Shown here piece by piece: positions 1-7,700 of a stretch of DNA of 64,000 nucleotides. The stretch spans positions 47,946 through 111,945 of the forward strand of contig CANKTH010000002.1 of NCBI GenBank assembly GCA_947486185.1, in the 5' to 3' direction. The translations under genes were made by a program, and so were the position numbers. Source of the DNA: Deltaproteobacteria bacterium. GTDB taxonomy: Bacteria; Myxococcota_A; UBA796; SXON01. How positions within the stretch are numbered: the stretch's first letter is position 1; each line of letters begins with the position of its first letter. The notes beneath the pieces were generated by a model. That model was not told the DNA's origin. It saw only the letters and a list, made by a program, of their open reading frames with translations, and did not search any database.

Positions 1-1146
1 ACGGTCAAACGCACGCTTTTCGTAGCCGGCGTCGGCCAGGGCGTCGGCGGCGGCCTCCAGTGTCATCTGCTGGATTGGATCCACATAGGGCACCGAGGAT
101 GGCGGGATGCGAAACCTGCGGGGGTTGAAGCTGAAGTTACGGATGAACGCGCCGATCCGGGTGTAGGTCCGGTCGGGAGCCGACTTGTCCGCGTCGTAGA
201 ACAGGCGCGAATCCCAACGGGACTTGGGCACCTCGCCGATGGCGGACCAGCCGGCGTTGAGGCGCTGCCACAAGAGCTCCGGCCCGTCGACATCTTCCGG
301 AAGCCGACAGCCGAGGCCGACCACCGCGATCAGCTCCCCCGTGGTGACCCCCGCGTCCACCGTCGACTCTTGCGCCGCCGAGCGCAGGCCAGGCCGCGTG
401 TCGGGCCCAGCGAGGCTGACAGTCGCTCGCGCAGGTGCGGGCATCCAAGGGGATAACGCCGTCTCCAGCCGCGGTTCGCGGGCGGCGTGCAGGAGCCCCG
501 CGCCGCCCGGCCAGGCCACGAGGAAGGGATCATCCGCCTCAAACCAACCCGCGCCTACGGTCTCGACCGACTCACCGGCAGCGAGCCGCCGCCAGACGGG
601 CGACGCAGGCGACGCGACCACGTTCTGGCCGCCCACCCGGAGCAGATCGGCGGCGCGGAGCCGCTCCCGACGACGCACGAGGCCCGGAGGCGGAGCGAAG
701 CTGTGAAACAGCACATCCGACAGTAGGATCCCCGCGATCTGGGGTCGGGGCTCATCGGGGCCGTGGGGCCAGTCTGCCAGAACCCGAACGCCCTGCGGCG
801 CCGCCGCGATCAGCTCCCGCAGCTCCCGCTCGCCCGACCACCCGCCACTGCCGAGCCCCCGCAGGACGACGCCCTCGAATCCTTCGAGCTCCGCCGGGGA
901 CTCCGGCCAACTCGCCAGCTCGCGCCAGCAGGACCGCCCCGCCACCGGGGGCCCGCGCCGCACGATCAACGGCCCCGAACCTGGAGCATCCCCGCTGTCG
1001 ACCGCTCGCACCCAAACGCCGTCGGGAAGCTCGGCCCCCCGGGCGCAAGTGCAGTCGATGATGACCTGGGCGCCAGCAGCGCGGGCGCGCTCGCTCAGGT
1101 TTCGTCGCTCGTAAGGGAGAACGACGAAGATCTCGGGTTGCCCCAT
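1..1146 (-). CDS. Type I PKS / PUFA-synthase-like megasynthase, N-terminal part only (runs off the left edge). About 270 aa of unassigned N-terminal region, then the start of a ketosynthase domain.
   Basis: Absent from the ORF track because it has no stop in the window. Hand translation of the minus strand from ATG at 1146 (GAGGAA about 8 nt upstream) is open to base 1, 382 codons. Residues ~273-382 read IAVVGLGCRLPEDVDGPELLWQRLNAGWSAIGEVPKSRWDSRLFYDADKSAPDRTYTRIGAFIRNFSFNPRRFRIPPSSVPYVDPIQQMTLEAAADALADAGY. This is the canonical N-terminal KS pattern and is closest in style to PfaA/HglE-type synthases. Confidence 0.75.
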   Translation of the reverse strand, partial: MGQPEIFVVLPYERRNLSERARAAGAQVIIDCTCARGAELPDGVWVRAVDSGDAPGSGPLIVRRGPPVAGRSCWRELASWPESPAELEGFEGVVLRGLGSGGWSGERELRELIAAAPQGVRVLADWPHGPDEPRPQIAGILLSDVLFHSFAPPPGLVRRRERLRAADLLRVGGQNVVASPASPVWRRLAAGESVETVGAGWFEADDPFLVAWPGGAGLLHAAREPRLETALSPWMPAPARATVSLAGPDTRPGLRSAAQESTVDAGVTTGELIAVVGLGCRLPEDVDGPELLWQRLNAGWSAIGEVPKSRWDSRLFYDADKSAPDRTYTRIGAFIRNFSFNPRRFRIPPSSVPYVDPIQQMTLEAAADALADAGYEKRAFDR

Positions 1147-1269
1147 CCGCTGTTCCTCTGAATCGGGCCTCTCTAACGTGCTCGGGTGCCCGTCGCCCGC
1201 GACGGCTCCCCCTACGTCACCGTCGTGTCACGGCAGACGCCGATTCCGCCAAGATCGCCGCGGTCCAGC

Positions 1270-1587
1270 TCAGCCGGCGCCCTTGTCCCCGCCCGGGTTG
1301 GTGTCGTCCCAACCGTCCTGTTGCCCATCGAGAAACCAGGGCTTCTCCTCACCACGATCCGCGCGCGGCGCGCCGCCGGCCGCCCCGGTGGACGTCGCCC
1401 CTTTGGGCGGCGAAGCCGGCGCCGGTGAGGCCACGGCGCCGCCCGCGCGGTCATCCCGCGACGGGGCCGGATAGAAGGGGCTGTCGTGTTCAAGGTAAGA
1501 AGGAGGTTTTCCGGGGTGTTTCGCCTCGCGCGAGACCGCCTTGACCCCCGACTTCACGCGCGCCGCGATCCGTGACAGCAGACCCAT
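1270..1587 (-). CDS. Small hypothetical protein (105 aa) directly downstream of the radical SAM pair. Basic amphipathic N-terminus, Pro/Ala/Gly-rich centre, acidic Trp-containing C-terminus.
   Basis: ATG at 1587 lies 10 nt after the TAG of the upstream rSAM gene, with a GGGGG run about 6-10 nt upstream. G/C-ending codons dominate. No family motif recognised. Confidence 0.5.
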   Translation of the reverse strand: MGLLSRIAARVKSGVKAVSREAKHPGKPPSYLEHDSPFYPAPSRDDRAGGAVASPAPASPPKGATSTGAAGGAPRADRGEEKPWFLDGQQDGWDDTNPGGDKGAG

Positions 1588-1596
1588 CCGAGCCCC

Positions 1597-3216
1597 CTAC
1601 TGACTGATAAGCTTCCGTAAGGACCCATATTGCCTGACCTTGAACCAGGTGAGCTCACCGCGTTGAAAATACTTGAACGCGACGTGGAACATCCGCACGT
1701 AGTTGGCCGCCCACGCCAGGTAGAAGACCGGCTCGACGTGTTTCTTCCAGTACTCACGCTGCTCCAGCAGGCCCTCGATGAAGCTCTTCGGCACGAAGGC
1801 CTTGGAGGCGAGACAGAAGATCGCCAGGTAGAACTTGTCTTCGTCGCTACGCGGCCAATCCATTGACACCCGAAACTGCTTCCAGGCCTTGGTGCTGCTG
1901 CCCTCGACCTCGTCCGGCTGAATCACCCCCTCGGCGAGCAGCTTCTGGGTCAGCGCAGTGCCGGGAAAGTAGTTGAGCGAGTAGAAATAGATGGAGTACG
2001 GCCGAGGCAGATCGAGGAGGAAGCGCGCGGTCTCCATCTTCATCTCTTCGGTGGCGTGGGGGTTGTCAATGATGACATCGTAGACGATGTCCAGCTTGAG
2101 ATCCTTGTTGAACTCCGAGAACTTCAGGATCGCGGTGTTGCCCGGGGAGCGATTGTGGAGCTCCTTGCTCTCCTTGGCGCTGCCGCTCTCGATCCCGGTC
2201 TGCACACGGATGAGCCCCACGTTCACCAGCTTCCTCAACATCTCTTCCCGCAACATCGGCGGGATCAGCAGACACTCGAACGGGATCCCGACCTCCGGCC
2301 CGTACCGGGCCAGGAACTCGTCCATCCACTCCTGCCCGAAGGCGAACGACGTGTCGTCGTCGATCTTCACCCGCGCGACCCGCGGGAAGTGCTTCTTCAT
2401 ATAGGCCAGCTCGCCGATGATGTGCGACACCGACCGGGCCCGGTAGAAGGCCTTGCCCTTCTCGTCGTAGACGTCCCGGAGGATCGAGACATAACAATAG
2501 GAGCAGTTGTAAGGACAACCCCGAGAGAAGTAGATCCGGTACTCGGCAGTGCGCTTCCACGGCTCCTCGACCGTCACTTTCCCGCCTTCAATGTAGTACT
2601 TGTTGTGGTCCTCCACGTCGGGATAGGGCAGCCAGTCCAGGTCCTGGATCAGCGGCCGAGGGCTGTTCTTGAACACCTCCCCGTTCTTGTTGGCCCATAC
2701 ATTGGGGATGTGAGTCGTATCCTCGCCCTTGGACAGCGCATCACAAAGGTCGATCGCAGCTTGTTCTCCCTCCCCGACACAGAGGTAGTCCACCAGCGGG
2801 ATACACGCGTCGGGCGAAGAGGTGGGGTGAATGCCGCCCCAAACCACCGGGGTCTGGGGGAAGCGCGCCCGGATCCGCCGCGTCACTTCACTGGCGATCG
2901 GAAGCAGGCTCGACATGAAGCCAAAGCCTATCAGATCCGCCTTCTTCTCCGCGATGATGTTGAGGGCGATGTCGATCTCGGCGTCGGAGGGCATCTCCAG
3001 CTCATTGTGCCGCCAGTCGCGCAAGAAGATGATGTAGGTGCGAAAGCCCGCCCGCTGCAACGCGGCGGAGATGTACCGGATCCCGGCATTCTCCACGCTG
3101 TACACCGTCATCAGCACCACGGTGAAGGGCCTCGCGGGCGCCGCCCCCGCCGCCGGCTGACTGACCGTGCGCGACGGCATCGGGGAAGTGGGCTGGGTCT
3201 CAACGGCTCCGTGCAT
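1597..3216 (-). CDS. B12-binding domain-containing (class B) radical SAM protein
   Basis: 539-aa ORF. N-terminal Rossmann-like cobalamin-binding region (VVLMTVYS...DLIGFGFMSS...VVWGGIHPT). CxxxCxxC cluster in FSRGCPYNCSYCYV. Long C-terminal helical extension. Confidence 0.9.
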   Translation of the reverse strand: MHGAVETQPTSPMPSRTVSQPAAGAAPARPFTVVLMTVYSVENAGIRYISAALQRAGFRTYIIFLRDWRHNELEMPSDAEIDIALNIIAEKKADLIGFGFMSSLLPIASEVTRRIRARFPQTPVVWGGIHPTSSPDACIPLVDYLCVGEGEQAAIDLCDALSKGEDTTHIPNVWANKNGEVFKNSPRPLIQDLDWLPYPDVEDHNKYYIEGGKVTVEEPWKRTAEYRIYFSRGCPYNCSYCYVSILRDVYDEKGKAFYRARSVSHIIGELAYMKKHFPRVARVKIDDDTSFAFGQEWMDEFLARYGPEVGIPFECLLIPPMLREEMLRKLVNVGLIRVQTGIESGSAKESKELHNRSPGNTAILKFSEFNKDLKLDIVYDVIIDNPHATEEMKMETARFLLDLPRPYSIYFYSLNYFPGTALTQKLLAEGVIQPDEVEGSSTKAWKQFRVSMDWPRSDEDKFYLAIFCLASKAFVPKSFIEGLLEQREYWKKHVEPVFYLAWAANYVRMFHVAFKYFQRGELTWFKVRQYGSLRKLISQ

Positions 3217-3225
3217 ATCGAACCC

Positions 3226-4668
3226 CTAAGAAACTTGGGTGGGCGGCGCGAGGAGTCGCGGCAGCTTGGGTGTCAACATTCGCACCCCGGCGGTCGCTTT
3301 CCTAAGGAAATCCTGGGGATTCCGAATCTGTGTCAGGTTGCGCGCCACAAACTTGGGCCGCCAATAGAAGCGGCGATAGGCGGTGTTGAGCATCTCGCGC
3401 AGCTCCGCGCGCGTGAAGTGCTCGTCCCAGACCTGCGCCTTGAAGTCGGCGCGGGGCTCCCGCATGAACTTCAGCCACGGATCCAGGTCGAGCACGCCGT
3501 CGCGCAGGCCCTCATCGTAGAGCGTCGTGCCCGGAAATGGGGTGAGCACGTTGAACATGACAAAATCAGGGTCGAGGTTGATGGAGTAGTCGATGGTGTC
3601 CATCACGTCGTCACGGCTACGTTCGGTCGGCGTGCCGATCATGAAGTAAGCCACCGTATTGATGCCCACCTCTCGGCAAAGCCGGAAGGCGCTCTCGATC
3701 TCCCGGACAGTGACGTCCTTCTTGAGCCTGAGCAGGCCCTCCTCCGTCCCTTGCTCCACGCCGAACTGGATACGCTGGCAACCCGCCGCCTTCATCTTCT
3801 GCAGGAGCTCGCGGGTGGCGCCCTTGACCCGGAAGCGCACGGTCCAGGAAAACTTGAGCCCTCGTTTGATGATTTCGTCACACAGCTCGATCACCCGGGC
3901 GTTGGTGATGTTGAAGGTGTCATCGACGAAGTAGATCTCAGAGATACCCAGCTTGATACATGCTTCGATCTCGTCACAAGCTCGCGAGGGCGACATCACC
4001 CGATAGCGGTGGCGAGGCGTGTTGCAGAAGGTACAGCGGTAGGGGCAGCCGCGGGAGCTGATCATCGTGGTGAAGATGCCGCCGCGACCCATGACGTCGT
4101 AGTACCGGCGATAGTCCACAAGCGTCCGGTCCGTCAGCGGGTAGTCGTCCAGGCTGTTGGAGAAGTAGACATCCTGCTCGGGCACCGGGTCGTCCGGGTG
4201 GGCCATGACCCCGGGGAGGCCACGGGGCGACTCCCCACGCTCCCACAGATCGCAGAGGTCGAGCATCGGTTTCTGGCCTTCGCCCTTGACCACCGCGTCC
4301 ACCCCCGGCAACCCCACACATTCACGAGGAAAGTCCGACACATGTGGGCCGCCGACGACCACGTAGCGGGCGCCGGCGCGCCGGGCGGTCTTCACCGTCT
4401 CGTGGACGTCCACCAGCTGCACGGTGAACGCAGTCACTCCGACCACATCCGGCTTCCAATCACGGATCTGCCGCTCGAGATCCTCGTAGGGCGTGTTGTC
4501 GAGCTGCGCATCAATGATGCACACCTCGTGGCGGCTCTTCTCCTTGAGGAAGGTCGCGATCGCCATGAGGGCGAGCGGCGGGTAGGAGAGGTTCTCTGCC
4601 GAAACCGCCTCGGGAACCTCGCTCTCCACCGTATGTTTTGCAGGGGGACGGATGAGCATCACGCGCAT
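3226..4668 (-). CDS. B12-binding domain-containing (class B) radical SAM protein
   Basis: Start set at the internal ATG 4668 (MRVMLIRPP...). B12-binding-like N-terminus (PLALMAIATFLK...DVVGVTAFT...VVVGGPHVS). CxxxCxxC in SSRGCPYRCTFCNTP. A 9-nt gap separates it from the downstream rSAM gene. Confidence 0.9.
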   Translation of the reverse strand: MRVMLIRPPAKHTVESEVPEAVSAENLSYPPLALMAIATFLKEKSRHEVCIIDAQLDNTPYEDLERQIRDWKPDVVGVTAFTVQLVDVHETVKTARRAGARYVVVGGPHVSDFPRECVGLPGVDAVVKGEGQKPMLDLCDLWERGESPRGLPGVMAHPDDPVPEQDVYFSNSLDDYPLTDRTLVDYRRYYDVMGRGGIFTTMISSRGCPYRCTFCNTPRHRYRVMSPSRACDEIEACIKLGISEIYFVDDTFNITNARVIELCDEIIKRGLKFSWTVRFRVKGATRELLQKMKAAGCQRIQFGVEQGTEEGLLRLKKDVTVREIESAFRLCREVGINTVAYFMIGTPTERSRDDVMDTIDYSINLDPDFVMFNVLTPFPGTTLYDEGLRDGVLDLDPWLKFMREPRADFKAQVWDEHFTRAELREMLNTAYRRFYWRPKFVARNLTQIRNPQDFLRKATAGVRMLTPKLPRLLAPPTQVS

Positions 4669-4726
4669 GGTGGCAAGACTCCAAACGCTATTGTCCTGGA
4701 CGCGCCCGGAAGGGTCAACCACGGGT

Positions 4727-4743
4727 GGCCCCGAAGCGGGGCC
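4727..4743 (-). terminator. GC-rich hairpin between the giant lipoprotein gene and the rSAM genes. Possible terminator or attenuator; no U-tract.
   Basis: ggccccg-aag-cggggcc, a perfect 7-bp inverted repeat. It lies 23 nt after the TGA at 4766-4768 and 59 nt before the ATG at 4668. Confidence 0.35.
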
Positions 4744-4765
4744 GGTGTAGTCCAGCCGACCGGTC

Positions 4766-7700
4766 TCACGGCACACAGCTCAATGCGCCGCCGCCCGTAC
4801 ACACGAAGCTCGAGACCCCGTCATAGTCGTCGAGCGTGCCGCCCTGAGCGAAGTCATGGGGCCCGTTGTCGTTCCCGATCGCGCCCAGGTCGCAGCTCGT
4901 GACCGTGAAGCTGCTCGTGGCACCGACGCCGAACTCGGCGGCGCCGCCGAAACCAACCAGCGCATCGTTACGCTCCACCCCGCCGCCGCCCGTACAGCTC
5001 ATGGTCACGACACCGCTCTCCAGGTAGAATGCACCTCCGTAGCTGGCTGCGTTCAATTCGACAGTCGTGTCCACCAGGGCCACCTTCCCCGAGCGCGCCG
5101 CTCCGCTGAGGCCCCCGATCGCGATCGCCCCCCCGTAGCTCGTGCCCGTGGCGCTCAAATCGTTGTCGCTGAGCTCACAGCCCGTGAGCGTGACGTTCGC
5201 GACGCTTGGGTTGGTGAGCGCGGTCACGTAGATCGCGCCGCCCATGTAGGTGCTGGTGCCAACTTCCGTGCCAACCCCTGCCTCCAGCGTCAGGTTCTCG
5301 AGACTGATCGTGTGCGCTGAGGTCTGCGCGATGACCCGCAGGATCGAACCCTGGTTGTTGAGCCCCGACAGCACAGGGTTCGCCCCGGAGCTGAGCCCCA
5401 CGAGCGCGACGTCCACCTCGGCCGTGGCGTCCGGCACGGTCAGGTTGACATAGTAGGTCCCCGCGCAGACGTTGATGGTCACCTCTTCGCCGACCAACGT
5501 GTCGTCGGTTGGCGCCGCCGAATTCGTGCTCCAGCTCATCGTGACGGGCTCGCCGTCGCTGTCGATGCCGGTCACCACGCCCGTCTCGGACTCCGAGGCA
5601 GGATCACAGTCGTTGTCGACGCCGTCGCAATAGATCGGCGCCCCCGGGTAGACCCAGCTGTCGGAGTCGTCGCAGTCGGTGTTGTCGGCCACCGTCGCGG
5701 TCGGCGCATTACACGCCGAAGTGGGCACGTCGGTTTCGTCGCCGAAGCTGTCGCCGTCGGCGTCCGCGTACCAGTCGGTCTCGCCCGTGGCGCCCGGGTC
5801 GGCGTCGTCGGCGAACCCGTCGCAGTCCTCGTCGGTGTCCAACGCGTCGCACACCTCGGTGGCGCCGACGTAGATGGCGGCGTTGTTGTCGTTGCAGTCC
5901 GTGCTGTTGCCGACGTAGCCGGAGGGTTGGTTACAGAGCACCGACGTGGTGGCCGTGGTGCCCTGGGTGTCCCCGTCCTGGTCGCGGTACCAGGTGGTCT
6001 CGCCGGTCGCGCTGGCGTCGGCGTCGTCGGCGAGCCCGTCACAGTCCTCGTCGGTATCCGACGCGTCACACACCTCGGTGGCCCCCGGGCTGATCGCGGC
6101 ATTATTGTTGTTACAATCCGTATTGTTCGCGACATGGGCCGACGGCGCGGTACAGGCCAGCGTCGCGGTGCCGGCGCCGTAGGTGTCCGAGTCGGTGTCC
6201 GCGTACCAGCTCAAACGATCTACGGGCGTCCTCGTGCTGCTGCTACAGTCGTTGTCGGTGCCCTCATTGGCGCAGGTCTCGATTGCGCTCGGATAAACGG
6301 CTGAATCGCTGTCGTTACAGTCGGTTGACGTGGCGTAATAGCGCGTGCCGGGATCGGTACACGCAAGCTGCGTGGTGGCCCCCGCGTAGGTGTCGAGGTC
6401 AGAGTCGTAGTACCAGGTCAGCTCGTCGGTGGCGTCCGTCGTGCTGCCGTCGCAGTCGTTGTCGGTGCCATAGGTGGCACAGAGCTCGGGCGCTCCAGGA
6501 TAGGCGGCGTTGTTGGTGTCACTACAATCAGTCGAGTTGGCAACATAGCCCGACGGCAGGAGGCAGGCGACCCGTGTGTCGGACGCATTTCCGTAGGTGT
6601 CGCTGTCGCTGTCCCGGTAGTAGGTCACGGCGCCGACCGCACCGTCCTCGTTGATGCTGGAGTCACAGTCGTCGTCGTAGGTCGTGTCACACCGCTCGAG
6701 GTCGCCTGGAGAGATCCCAGCGTTTGAATCGTTACAATCGGTGTTGTTGGCGACCCGACCGGCGACTGTCGTGGCGCAGTACCGTATGCCGCCTGTGGCG
6801 GCGCCGTAGCTGTCGCCGTCAATGTCCACGTAGAACAACGTCCCGTCGGCCGTGCCCACGGCGTTCGCGGTGCCGTCACAGTCGTCGTCGTAGGCGGTGG
6901 TACAGGTCTCGGTCTCGCCGGGGTTGGCGTTGACCTGTGCGTCGTCGCAGTCGGTGCTGTCCGTGACATCGCCCGAGACAGCGGTGCAGGAGTAGACGAG
7001 CGCCGTGTCGTCCTCGTCGCCGTAACCGTCGCCGTCGTTGTCGTCGTAGTAGGCCGTCGCATCGGCCGCGCCGTTTTCGTTGATTGAACCGTCGCAGTCA
7101 TCGTCATAAGCGGTCGAGCAGACCTCGTCCTCGTCGGGGTTCACCGCGGCGCGGGTGTCGTCACAGTCGTCGTTGTTGCTGATCTCTCCCGGAATGAGCG
7201 AGCAGCCCTCGGTCGCAGTGAGGTCATCTTCGTCTCCGAAACCGTCACCATCGGCGTCCCGATAGTAGAAGGCGGTGCCGACGGCGCCGGCCTCGTTGAT
7301 CGCGCCGTCACAGTCGTCGTCGTAGGCCGTTGCGCAGCGCTCGGTCGCCCCGGGATACGCGAGGTTGTCCTCGTCGTTACAGTCGCGCGTATCAGTGGTG
7401 TAGCCGCTCGGCACGGTACAGGCGCTGTAGGTGTTGCCCAGGTCGCCGTAGCCGTCGCCGTCAGTGTCGGCATAGAAGGTCGTGGTGCCGAAGGCGTCGT
7501 CTTCGTTGACCGAGCCATCGCAGTCGTCGTCGGCGGCGGTGCTGCAACGCTCGGTCGCTGCGGGGTTGACCGAGGTGACGCTGTCGTCACAGTCCTCGCC
7601 CCGAGACACAAAGTTGCTCGGGGCAATACACGCCACGGTGGTGTCACCGCTGTTGCCATAGCTGTCGTTGTCCCCGTCGAAGTACCAGGTGCTCGCGTCC

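Noticed and set aside
4669-4765. Possible cobalamin riboswitch upstream of the B12-dependent rSAM genes
   Set aside because: Only 97 nt are available. Apart from one GC hairpin I could not see a B12-box-like element. A covariance-model scan (Rfam RF00174) would be needed to exclude one formally.
2056-4902. 948-aa plus-strand ORF spanning both rSAM genes and the start of the giant gene
   Set aside because: It is antisense to two genes with unmistakable radical SAM motifs. Its translation is Arg/Gly/His/Val/Asp-rich with no motif. Long open antisense frames are expected in high-GC DNA.
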